Shown one piece after another: positions 28,001 through 36,568 of a DNA stretch of 64,000 bases. Position numbers and translations under genes: made by a program. This DNA comes from Faecousia sp. (GTDB taxonomy: Bacteria; Bacillota; Clostridia; Oscillospirales; Oscillospiraceae), in assembly GCA_045652345.1 (NCBI GenBank), contig JAZRUE010000051.1:2506-66505 (forward strand). The letters are read 5' to 3'. Numbering within the stretch: the stretch's first letter is position 1; each line of letters starts with the position of its first letter. Below the pieces are notes generated by a model. That model worked only from the letters and a program-made list of their open reading frames with translations, was not told where the DNA came from and ran no database searches.

Positions 28001-30228
28001 ACATTGGGATTGTTTGCTGTCAAATTGGTAAGGGCAGTATTCTCAATGGTGCCGCTGGGAACACTCAGCATAATATTGCCTGCGCCATCCATGGTCAGGC
28101 CGATAGCCCACCAGTTTGCTCTGCCCAAGTAAATGCTGCCGGGCAGCAGGGAAGCTTCCTTTGTGGGGTACAAGTACTTACCACGGAACAGGATTTCATC
28201 CAGATCCCCTTCCGGCACAACAGTGGAAACAAAGTGCTTGCCACTTCCCTGAGCCAGAATATCACCATCAGCAATGCCAAAATCCGCAAAGGTCAGCTTT
28301 TCATAGTCATTTTCTGCAGACTCAGACAGCAGAACATCCTTGGGCTCAGGCTCTGGCTCAGGTGTTACCTCATCCTTCACAGATGCCACCTTCAGGGTAG
28401 AATTGCCATCGATGTCATAAGTATGGAAGCAACGGGTCAAGTCAGCAAGGGGCACATTTTTCGCGATAATGTAGCCGCCATTTTGCAGGACACCGTTAAA
28501 CCACACACCGATCTTCAGGTCAGTCTTGTCGGTGGTTTTGTTCTCATACTTAATGGAAATAGCGATTTCCAGATCAGAGTTGTTACGAAGCTGGACATTG
28601 GGATTGTTTGCTGTCAAATTGGTAAGGGCAGTATTCTCAATGGTGCCGCTGGGAACACTCAGCATAATATTGCCTGCGCCATCCATGGTTAAGCCAATGG
28701 CCCACCAGTTGGCTTTGCCCAAATAGATGCTGCCGGGCTGCAGGGAAGCTTCCTTTGTGGGGTACAAGTACTTACCACGGAACAGGATTTCATCCAGATC
28801 CCCTTCCGGCACAACAGTGGAAACAAAGTGCTTGCCACTTCCCTGAGCCAGAATATCGCCGTCCGCCACGCCGAAATCGCTGAAGGTCAGCTTTTCGTAG
28901 TTGTTTTCCGGGGAGTTGGCCAGCAAAGTGCCCGTAGGCTCGGGATCAGGAGTAACCCCATCCTTCACAGATGCCACCTTCACAGCGTTATTGTTGTCAG
29001 AGTCCGTGGTGTGGAAGCAACGAGTCAGGTCGGTCAGTGTCACATTGCGAGCATAGAGGTATTTATTCTGCATCAGCACACCATTGATCCACACACCGAT
29101 CTTCAGGTCGGTGGCGGTAGCAGTGGTGTTTTCATACTTCACAGAAATGGCAATTTCCACTTCTTCGCCCCGAAGTTCCACAGGGCTATTCAGGGTCATA
29201 TTCCGGTCATCGCCCTTTTCTATGACAGAGCCGCCCACAGAGGTGGAGATCACATCCAGCAAAATATTGCCTTGGCTATCTGGGGTAATGACAATGCCAT
29301 AATACTTGGCAAGGCCCAGGTAAATATTACCGAACTGCTTGCACTCCTCCATTGTGGGGAAATTATACTTGCCCCGGAACAGGATTTCATTCAGATCGCC
29401 TGCCGGTACAACATCGGAAACAAAGTGCAGGCCTTTTCCCTGGGTCAGAATATCGCCGTCTGCGATGCCAAAGTCAGAGAAAGTCAGCTTTTCATAGTTA
29501 TTTTCTTCGGACTCAGACAGCAGCACATCCTTCTTTTCGGGCTTGATCTCGCCCTTGACGGATTTCACCGTTAAAGAAGCATTGGAGTCAGAATCATAGG
29601 TGTGGAAACAACGAGTCAGGTTGCTCAGGGGTACATTGGTTACATAAATGTAGCCAGCAGGTTGCAACACACCGTTAATCCAAGCACCGATTTTCACATC
29701 GGTGGTGGTAGAAGTTGTATTTTCATACTTGATGGAAATGTCGATCTCCACTTCCTGGCCCCGCAAGTCGATAGGGCTGTTGGCCGTCAGGTTGGTAGCT
29801 GCCGGGTTGGTGGTGGTAGCAGAACCATTGCTGATGATACTCAGCAAAATGTTACCACTGCCATCCATGTTCAGGGAAACGCCATACCAATTGGCAAGAC
29901 CCCAATAAATATTGCCGGGCTTCAGAGACTCTTCCTTGGTGGGATAAGTATACTTACCACGGATCAGAACCTCATTGAGATCTCCTTCCAGCACAGGGGA
30001 AATGAAGTGCTTTCCACTTCCCTCGGTCAGAATCTCGCCATCGCCCACACCGAAGTCGGAGAAGGTCAGTTGTTCGTAGCTGGCTTCCGGAGAATTTGCC
30101 AGCAAAACCGGTTCTGCCTCTGCAGATACGGTATAAGCCATAGGCTCTACCAGTGCCATCAAGGACAGCACCATACAAACTGCCAGGGTCATAGATAAAA
30201 TGCGTTTTACAAAACTTTGTTTCAACAT
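25027..30228 (-). CDS. giant secreted protein of tandem ~190-aa beta-rich modules
   Basis: Signal peptide. Six close repeats (YEKLTF.DFG...LFRGKY...KIGVW.NGVL...LTRCFHTYD) plus about three divergent ones, with Pro-rich linkers. Confidence 0.8.
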   Translation of the reverse strand: MLKQSFVKRILSMTLAVCMVLSLMALVEPMAYTVSAEAEPVLLANSPEASYEQLTFSDFGVGDGEILTEGSGKHFISPVLEGDLNEVLIRGKYTYPTKEESLKPGNIYWGLANWYGVSLNMDGSGNILLSIISNGSATTTNPAATNLTANSPIDLRGQEVEIDISIKYENTTSTTTDVKIGAWINGVLQPAGYIYVTNVPLSNLTRCFHTYDSDSNASLTVKSVKGEIKPEKKDVLLSESEENNYEKLTFSDFGIADGDILTQGKGLHFVSDVVPAGDLNEILFRGKYNFPTMEECKQFGNIYLGLAKYYGIVITPDSQGNILLDVISTSVGGSVIEKGDDRNMTLNSPVELRGEEVEIAISVKYENTTATATDLKIGVWINGVLMQNKYLYARNVTLTDLTRCFHTTDSDNNNAVKVASVKDGVTPDPEPTGTLLANSPENNYEKLTFSDFGVADGDILAQGSGKHFVSTVVPEGDLDEILFRGKYLYPTKEASLQPGSIYLGKANWWAIGLTMDGAGNIMLSVPSGTIENTALTNLTANNPNVQLRNNSDLEIAISIKYENKTTDKTDLKIGVWFNGVLQNGGYIIAKNVPLADLTRCFHTYDIDGNSTLKVASVKDEVTPEPEPEPKDVLLSESAENDYEKLTFADFGIADGDILAQGSGKHFVSTVVPEGDLDEILFRGKYLYPTKEASLLPGSIYLGRANWWAIGLTMDGAGNIMLSVPSGTIENTALTNLTANNPNVQLRNNSDLEIAISIKYENKTTDKTDLKIGVWFNGVLQNGGYIIAKNVPLADLTRCFHTYDTDSSSVINVASIGKTYTPPDVLLSESEEAGYEKLTFADFEIEDGNILTQGNGLHFVSSVALEGDLDEVLFQGKYTYPTMEASAKPGSIYLGRANWWAIGLTMDGTGNIMLSVPSGTIENTALTNLTANNPNVQLRGKEVEIAISIKYENKRADKTDLKIGVWFDGVLQNGGYIIAKDVPLADLTRCFHTYDTDSNAGLKVASVGKTYVLPDVLLSESEEVDYEKLTFADFGAMDGQILSGKTGEKVTYATLPGTLDGILFQGKYNFPSMEKAKQFGNIYLGRPDWWAIGIVPDSAGNINLNVISDGSGIDDSTLCNLTQRYSDVQLRENEDLEIAISVKYENTTATTTDLKIGIWVNGVLKQGKYIYARNVLLSDLTRCLHTYDSANDCGVGVVSVGQWKINTLPVDFADITLSDGNIPDGDTFTYGNFARIESLDKTLFSANVQFNTAGARLHLGCTPGAANGYSGMGLRLESNGTLVLGNELGVPAEEKPNVLTSIGLNFFVFNSRVAGLGDTFTGKNFLLQISTEFVDCDNDGEKDDIKLGVFFDGVLYCNNYIYIPGEAQTLSTGVNFNGGSQGFAQFSSVRIQELTNADLGINKGVYTAAVNGEAGSDSLNGTAITTEVTFGKGTSIAYGKEGKGIVFTYAGEGVLKVSHVRSDGTSVAIGEVKIPANRAVQLRTTMEFIKEGTKTNLKLGVFVNGTLSGYGYFLVEDVDASVLTRSMSVIPSDGEIRIGANAYENLTLRDFIMADKTRSDYGARFSVYEGANYNNTAFSAVLTFSDETEKKNDNCFYIGGKQWAGLRVDLNANGELAISFVHADGVQMQLARVTPEEVGMTTFQGKAFDYRVTFDVVEAVEGRLDAVIGVYVNDTLCKGKHLLVKGVDAVVLERGLFSYVDKNGGSLTMESTNPTVDFTIFGLSKDWAKTLGIK

Positions 30229-30253
30229 AAATTTATTCCTCCCCTTCTGCAGT

Positions 30254-31672
30254 TTAATTCTCGATGACGATCAGAACGCCTTCGCCGGCGCCCATTGTCA
30301 GTGTCAGGCGGTCAACATCCACATAGGATGTTTCGCCCTTCTGGATCACGCGCATATTGTAGTCGCCGTAGAAATCCAGAGTGATGTTCTGGGCATATTC
30401 GGTATCATAGTTTACAACATAGAATGCAGATTTGCCCAGGTAGTTAAAGCAGCCTACCATGCTTTCGCCGGTAATGCTTTCCAGTTCTCTCCAGGAAGTG
30501 CCTTCCAGCACATACTCTACCTTGTCGAAGTGGCCGTTCATGCTTTCGCCGGAGAGGAGAACGCCCTTATTCACAGAGTTCATCAGCACTTCGTCCACAG
30601 CCACGATCTGCTTGTTGGCTTCCTTGGCATAGTACCACCAGCGGTTCTTATTGCCCCAGGAGCCGATAAGACCATTCCGCTCAAAGTCCAGCTCATCGGT
30701 GGAGGTGTAAGCGAAGTGCGGGGGCTGCAGCACAGGGAAGTACTGAATGCCCTTGGAGCCATAGGCCAGAGCGGTGCTTACCAGCCAGTAGAAAGAGCCT
30801 TCCTCCGGATAGTAGCCATTGGTGTCAAAATGCTCCTTGTTGTCGTTCCACTGAGAACCGGCCTGGACGAAGGTCCAGAAAGGAATGTTTGCCTCTTCCG
30901 CATTCTGGCGGATCACAGACATATTCTGGAACCACACATTGGCATTTTCCAGAGAATTGTTCTCCATAAAGGGATAGATGTCATAGGACAGGAACTTGGT
31001 GGGGCAAGTGTCGATGAATTCCTGGACATACTGCTCATACAATTCCATACCCAGATCATTCAGACGGAACAGGTTGCCGTAGGAAGGAACATCCAGGTCG
31101 TACAAATTCTGGAAGGTGGGAGAATACAGCGCCATACGGTGGGGATCGTGCTTATTGTAAACATCGCTGGAAGGTTCGTCCTTCACATACACGCCCACGC
31201 AAGCGTTGTGGTTCACATAGTTGTTGATCCGTTCGTCCAGTTCTGTCTTGGTCAGGGCATTCTCACCGGTGCTGTTGGAAATCAAAGCGTCCACAACATA
31301 GATGCCGATGCCGTACTTTTCGCCCAGATCCAGCAATTTCTTGGTCAGCTCCGGGTAAGAAGCATAGTCTGCACCGTTGGAGGAGATCACATTGATGCCA
31401 CATTCTTGCACCATCTGCATAAATTCGTCAGTAATGCTCTGGGGAATGCTCTGTCCGTTGGTGGAATAGGTGTAAACCTGAGGGCCGTTAAAGCCGATGA
31501 TAGGCATCACATCGGTACCGCCAATGAAGTCGTAGGAGAAATTGACCACTTCTTCCAGTTCCATAGGTTCGATGGAAGGGGCTTCTTCCTCGCCGCAGGC
31601 GGTCAGCAAAGAGGCTGCCATCACAACGCAAAGCACAAAACATGCAATGCGGCTAAATTTCTTGTTTTTCAT
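30254..31672 (-). CDS. lipoprotein with an unclassified TIM-barrel glycoside-hydrolase-like domain
   Basis: Lipobox LTAC. KDEP, SYDIYPF, PFWTFVQ and ALAYGSKGIQYF motifs, plus a C-terminal beta domain. Confidence 0.65.
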   Translation of the reverse strand: MKNKKFSRIACFVLCVVMAASLLTACGEEEAPSIEPMELEEVVNFSYDFIGGTDVMPIIGFNGPQVYTYSTNGQSIPQSITDEFMQMVQECGINVISSNGADYASYPELTKKLLDLGEKYGIGIYVVDALISNSTGENALTKTELDERINNYVNHNACVGVYVKDEPSSDVYNKHDPHRMALYSPTFQNLYDLDVPSYGNLFRLNDLGMELYEQYVQEFIDTCPTKFLSYDIYPFMENNSLENANVWFQNMSVIRQNAEEANIPFWTFVQAGSQWNDNKEHFDTNGYYPEEGSFYWLVSTALAYGSKGIQYFPVLQPPHFAYTSTDELDFERNGLIGSWGNKNRWWYYAKEANKQIVAVDEVLMNSVNKGVLLSGESMNGHFDKVEYVLEGTSWRELESITGESMVGCFNYLGKSAFYVVNYDTEYAQNITLDFYGDYNMRVIQKGETSYVDVDRLTLTMGAGEGVLIVIEN

Positions 31673-31673
31673 T

Positions 31674-33200
31674 TTATGCAGCCTCCTTCTTCCCTTTTTT
31701 GCGCAGACAAAGTTTCATAACAATGCTTGCAAGCAGCAGGGCGGCGCAGCCGATAGCCGTAAAGACCACGGGCTGCCAGTTCATGGGTTCTTCTGCGGCC
31801 TCTTCCTGGGTGGGGCGGAATACCTGCTGGGCAGGCTGATAATCAAAGTCATCCTGGGTAATGGTGGCACCGGCAAATCCGGTGTCGATCACATTGCCGT
31901 TGTCGTCCAGGTTGGTCACTTTAAAATTGTCGATGGCAAAATTGGCATCGTTTACGCTCCAGATCTTAATGAAGCCAATGCGGAAGTCCTCGTAATAGGT
32001 CTTGGCAAGGATGTCATACTTGGTGTCATCCAGCGCCTTGATGCCTACTTCCAGATAACCATCCACCATTCTGACCAGCACAGAAAAGCCTTCATCGCTT
32101 GCAGGGTCAAAATACCCCTTGTTGCCGTAGTTTGCTCTGAACTTTTCGGGGGTGTGGTTCATACCGTGAACCGTGTCCTTGGTAAAGCGGATCGCTTCCA
32201 CGGAAGTGGCATAGCCGAAGCCGTTGAAATCCACAGAATCATCACCCACGGATACCAGGAATTCTGCCGTAGGTGCGGCAACCATATTGCCGGATCCGTC
32301 CTTCACCATATTACGCAGGTAATAGGGCACATCGAAGGTCAGTTCAAAATTGGAATAGGCATATTCTGTGCCAAAGTAGGTCAACTTTGCGTTGTGGAAC
32401 ATCAGCACATTGTTGCCGTCCAGCTCCTCTACTGCCACGTAGGCAGGATAGCGAACGCTGGAAATAAAATTGGTGGTAAACCAATTCTTGTTGAAAACTT
32501 CTGATTCAAAATCTTCTGCTACATTGGGGTTTTCCGGTCTTTCGTATTTTGTGAAGGCTGCTTCACATGCAGCGATCTGCGCGCCGCAGGCTCCCGTTTG
32601 CAGGAAACCAATACGTCCCTCCAGATCTCCCTCGATCACCGCTGTGCAAACAACGCGGCCGTCAATGCTGACCTTGATCTGATTATCGGAGGTGGCAACA
32701 ACGGAAAGTGTAAAGTCTTTATCCAGCTTAACGCCGATGCTTTTCGGTGCAACCACAGTACTGGGCACGCCTTCGGCATTATAGGAAACCACGCCAAGCT
32801 GCAGGGCGCCGTTATTCGTAATTTCGATCTGAATGTTTCCGGCTTCTTCGCTGAAGGCTTCGATGCTGTCAAGACCCATTGCAAAAATGAACTTATCATT
32901 CTGCGCCAGCTGGGTGAGCCGAAGCTTTGCGCTGAGTTCAAACATCACCTTGTTGATCGTATCCTTTTGTACCAGTATTTTGGAGATCACACGGGTACTA
33001 AGCATATCATCCGCAGGAAGGATCAGCTTGCCATCTTCCACATAGGTGCTGTCTTCTGCATCAAACCAATCGGTGCTGTTTAATTGTCCGTCCGTGAGAA
33101 GAGAAACATTTTTATTGACTGTGCCTGCCTGAGCAAGCATAACAGGGGTGATTACAAATACGGCGATGAGGAGCAATGCGATTCTTTTAATTGCTTTCAT
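31674..33200 (-). CDS. surface beta-sandwich protein with C-terminal membrane anchor
   Basis: Signal peptide, ConA/LamG-like strands (IKVSIDG, AIDNFKV), C-terminal TM and basic tail. Confidence 0.6.
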   Translation of the reverse strand: MKAIKRIALLLIAVFVITPVMLAQAGTVNKNVSLLTDGQLNSTDWFDAEDSTYVEDGKLILPADDMLSTRVISKILVQKDTINKVMFELSAKLRLTQLAQNDKFIFAMGLDSIEAFSEEAGNIQIEITNNGALQLGVVSYNAEGVPSTVVAPKSIGVKLDKDFTLSVVATSDNQIKVSIDGRVVCTAVIEGDLEGRIGFLQTGACGAQIAACEAAFTKYERPENPNVAEDFESEVFNKNWFTTNFISSVRYPAYVAVEELDGNNVLMFHNAKLTYFGTEYAYSNFELTFDVPYYLRNMVKDGSGNMVAAPTAEFLVSVGDDSVDFNGFGYATSVEAIRFTKDTVHGMNHTPEKFRANYGNKGYFDPASDEGFSVLVRMVDGYLEVGIKALDDTKYDILAKTYYEDFRIGFIKIWSVNDANFAIDNFKVTNLDDNGNVIDTGFAGATITQDDFDYQPAQQVFRPTQEEAAEEPMNWQPVVFTAIGCAALLLASIVMKLCLRKKGKKEAA

Positions 33201-33217
33201 CCTTATCCCACCCTTTA

Positions 33218-34762
33218 TTATTTAATATTGGCCAACCACTTGTTTTCGTAGTTATCGTTTACCTTTGCAACAATCTCTTCCCAGATGGCGTCAGCACTCT
33301 TGCGGTCAGCCTTGTTGGATGCACACAATCTGGAAACATAGGGAACGTCCGCAAACTTGGTAGCGCCGCCGGCCTTGAAAATATCGTGTCTGGAAGCCAC
33401 ATAGTAGCAAGGCATTGCCACAGCCTCTTCCATGATTTCCACCTGGCTGATCTGGAATGTATTCCAGTCAGACATATCCAGGGAGCCATTGGACAATGTC
33501 ATAGGCATGGGGTTTTTCAGGGCTTTGGCATAAATGCGATAGCCTTCATCGGAATACAGGAAGCTGAGGAAGGCCTTTGCGCCTTCGATGTTTTCACTGT
33601 AGTTGGGGATACAGCCGTGTTCACCGGAGAAGTTGGAAGCAACGGTGCAGCGGGCAGTGTAGATGTAGTCCCAATCTTCCTTGGAAACGGTCAGACCATC
33701 CACATTGTAGCCCTCACCGGACTGATAGTCCTCCAGCGTCTTAACGCCATCGAGCACATTATCAATGGCAGTGATCACCTTACGCAGGTTGGCATCGGAC
33801 TTCACAGTCGTCAGCTTGTCAACAACCGCAGACAGCACCGGCGTGCGCATCATTGCAAAGTTCTCCATGCTGTCCTCCACAGATGCCATTTCGTTGGCGA
33901 TCCAGGAGCCGTTGACCATCATGGCCGCCTTGTCGTTGAGGAACATGGTCTGTACAGTTACGTGGTCCTTGGAGTTGGAGCCATCCATTACATAATCCAC
34001 CGTCAGGATCTTCTCCAGCGCCTTCAGCACCAGATAACGGCCGTCCTTGGTAGTAAACACATCCTTGCTGGGGCTGACGCCATTGGCATCGGTGCAGGAA
34101 TAGAAGTCTTCTGTGTATTTTTCTCTGTCGTACTGATAGATCAGGGCATCCGTCAGGTAGCCGTAATAGCCATCAGGGCTAAAGTGGCAAAGGGGTGTGA
34201 TGCCGGCGCTGTAAAGCTTATCGCAGGCAGCAGCCAACTCGTTGGTGGTACGGGGCAATTCTGTAATGCCTGCTTGTGCAAACAACTTCTTGTTATAAAC
34301 GATGCCCACAACACCGCCGCCGTAGGTCAGCTGATAATAATGTCCGTCAGCAGCCTGTGCGTTTTTCAGATAGTTGGCATTGAACTTTTCGATCAGGGGC
34401 TTGCTGTCGCCGTCAGCAGTGGCGTAGATCACATCGTCCAAAGCAATAAACTTGGAGGTATCTGCTCTTTCAGAGGTGAAGTACAGGTCCACAGTGTCAC
34501 CGGGCAGTTCCAAGGTGGAATTGATGGTGGCTGCAGAAGCAGATGCGGTGTAATATGCGTAATACTCGGGGTACTTGGCATTGAAAGCCGCAATTACATC
34601 CTTCAGCCATTGGTCGCCAAGGCCGGCATTCCAGTAAGCAATTTCAATATCCTTGGTGGCATCGCCGGTGCCTTGGGGCTTGCCGCTGCCGCAGGCGGAG
34701 AAGGTGCCTACGCACATAACAATCATTAAAATCAGGGCTACAAGTCTTTTTACGTTTTTCAT
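33218..34762 (-). CDS. carbohydrate ABC transporter substrate-binding lipoprotein
   Basis: Lipobox FSAC. GIVYNK.LF, F...KAAM..NGSW and AKAFL.FL motifs. Confidence 0.9.
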   Translation of the reverse strand: MKNVKRLVALILMIVMCVGTFSACGSGKPQGTGDATKDIEIAYWNAGLGDQWLKDVIAAFNAKYPEYYAYYTASASAATINSTLELPGDTVDLYFTSERADTSKFIALDDVIYATADGDSKPLIEKFNANYLKNAQAADGHYYQLTYGGGVVGIVYNKKLFAQAGITELPRTTNELAAACDKLYSAGITPLCHFSPDGYYGYLTDALIYQYDREKYTEDFYSCTDANGVSPSKDVFTTKDGRYLVLKALEKILTVDYVMDGSNSKDHVTVQTMFLNDKAAMMVNGSWIANEMASVEDSMENFAMMRTPVLSAVVDKLTTVKSDANLRKVITAIDNVLDGVKTLEDYQSGEGYNVDGLTVSKEDWDYIYTARCTVASNFSGEHGCIPNYSENIEGAKAFLSFLYSDEGYRIYAKALKNPMPMTLSNGSLDMSDWNTFQISQVEIMEEAVAMPCYYVASRHDIFKAGGATKFADVPYVSRLCASNKADRKSADAIWEEIVAKVNDNYENKWLANIK

Positions 34763-34776
34763 TTTTATTCCTCCTA

Positions 34777-35643
34777 TTATCCTTTAATGCCGCCTGCAGA
34801 TACATTGGTGGTGATCACCTTGTTGAACAAAGCAAACAGCACCAACGCCGGGATGGAAACCAATACGCAGGCCGCGAAGAGAATATCCAGTCTTGCGCGG
34901 TAAATCATTTCCGTATTGAACTGATAGATACCGACGGGCAACGTAGGCAAATTGGGCAAATACAGCAAAGCGCTTTCATAGTTGTTCCAGGAAGCCAGCC
35001 AGGTGGTCAGGAACAATGCGCCAAAAATAGGCTTGGCCTGAGGCAGCATCACCTTAAAGTAAAGTCTGAAAGGCCCGCAGCCATCTATCGCTGCCGCTTC
35101 TGCATAGGTCCAGGACATATTCTTAAAGAAGGCCCGGAAATACAGGAAGCTGCCGGTCATACCTGCCGCAGAGCAAATAATGTGCCAGTAAGAGTCTACC
35201 AATCCCAAATTGCGGTACAGCGCATAAGTAGCGCCGCCTGCACCGTAAATGGGCAGAACCATAATCACCAGAATGATGGTGTAGGGCAAATTGCTGCCGG
35301 GGAACTTATACATGGTGCAGCAATAGGCAAAGGTAATGGTCACAAAGGTTTGCAGCAGTGAACCACCAATGGAGAAGAAGCAGCTGTTGAAAAGCATTTC
35401 CCAGAAGCCGTGTCCATTGACTTCCAAGGAGGTCACCACTTCCACAAAGTGATCCCAGTTCCACTTTTGAGGCAGTGCAAAGGGGTTCATAACGATTTCC
35501 GTATGGGTCTTGCAGGCGGACATCACCGCCCAGAAAAACAAATACACATAGGAAAATGCCACAAGGGCAAAAAGGACAGACACAAAGGCATGCAGAATGG
35601 CTTCACCGGGACTCTTTCGCTTAAAAATTTTCAATTTCTTCAT
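34777..35643 (-). CDS. carbohydrate ABC transporter permease (MalG-like)
   Basis: EAAAIDG, V.LP.AKP and WNNY motifs. Start MKKLKIF. Confidence 0.9.
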   Translation of the reverse strand: MKKLKIFKRKSPGEAILHAFVSVLFALVAFSYVYLFFWAVMSACKTHTEIVMNPFALPQKWNWDHFVEVVTSLEVNGHGFWEMLFNSCFFSIGGSLLQTFVTITFAYCCTMYKFPGSNLPYTIILVIMVLPIYGAGGATYALYRNLGLVDSYWHIICSAAGMTGSFLYFRAFFKNMSWTYAEAAAIDGCGPFRLYFKVMLPQAKPIFGALFLTTWLASWNNYESALLYLPNLPTLPVGIYQFNTEMIYRARLDILFAACVLVSIPALVLFALFNKVITTNVSAGGIKG

Positions 35644-35656
35644 AGTCAGCCTCCCC

Positions 35657-36568
35657 TTAGTAATCCACATCCTGGAAAGCCTTGTCGGTGTACTTGCGAA
35701 CGACCAGCGCAATTCCTACGGAAATCACGGTCATCACAATGCCCACCGCCGACAGATAGTTATACACGTTGGATGTATATTTCGTGCCGGAGCTTTCAAT
35801 CAGCATCTTATAGAGCCAGGCGCTCAAAGTCATTGTTCCGTAGTCGCCCCCGGTAAGCAGGTAAACCTGGCCGGTTGCGCCCAGAACGCCGCAGGTCGTC
35901 AGCACCATTTTCAGTGCTACCGTAGGCCATACCATAGGTACAACGATCTTTGTAAATTCAGTGAACCAGTTGACACCGTCCAGACGTGCCGATTCCAGCA
36001 CATCTTCGGGCAGTCTTGAGAAGGTGCCGCCCCAAATGATCAGGTCTCCGGGGAAACCCAGCCAAATCATATTAAACCAAATGGCATAATTTGCGAACCG
36101 GGAATCCGCCAACAGCTCCGGTGTATTTTCCAGACCCAACACACTCTGTACAAATTGGGCGATAAAGCCTTCGGTGTCTACCATTCTGGTAAAACACATT
36201 GCCACGCACACGGAAAACAGGATAGAGGGCAGGAAGAACAGGATTCTGTAAATTTTGTGGCCCGGTACTTTCTTATAAATGAAATAAGATACGAATACCC
36301 GGGGAATAAAGCAGAGCAAGGAGATGAAGAATGTGATCAAGGTGTTCTTCAGTGCCACCCGTATGGTGGAGGTGGGCAGCTGAAATTCCGTCCACAATCT
36401 TTCGAAGTTCGTCAAGGAGAGATTGCCTTCAGAGTCCTGGAAGGCCATAACCACAGAAGATGCGTTGGGATACACATAGAATACCAGCCAGTTGATAACA
36501 GGGACAGCGCAGGCAAATAGGATAAAGAAGATCAGACTCTTATTTTTTCTATTGAGTGTTCTTATCAC
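35657..36568 (-). CDS. carbohydrate ABC transporter permease (MalF-like)
   Basis: ESARLDG, I..P..WP and LLTGG motifs. Confidence 0.9.
   Translation of the reverse strand: MIRTLNRKNKSLIFFILFACAVPVINWLVFYVYPNASSVVMAFQDSEGNLSLTNFERLWTEFQLPTSTIRVALKNTLITFFISLLCFIPRVFVSYFIYKKVPGHKIYRILFFLPSILFSVCVAMCFTRMVDTEGFIAQFVQSVLGLENTPELLADSRFANYAIWFNMIWLGFPGDLIIWGGTFSRLPEDVLESARLDGVNWFTEFTKIVVPMVWPTVALKMVLTTCGVLGATGQVYLLTGGDYGTMTLSAWLYKMLIESSGTKYTSNVYNYLSAVGIVMTVISVGIALVVRKYTDKAFQDVDY

Noticed and set aside
25027-30228. Cellulosomal scaffoldin with cohesin repeats
   Set aside because: The repeats are ~190 aa, longer than typical cohesins, and lack recognisable cohesin motifs. This cannot be fully excluded without structure prediction.
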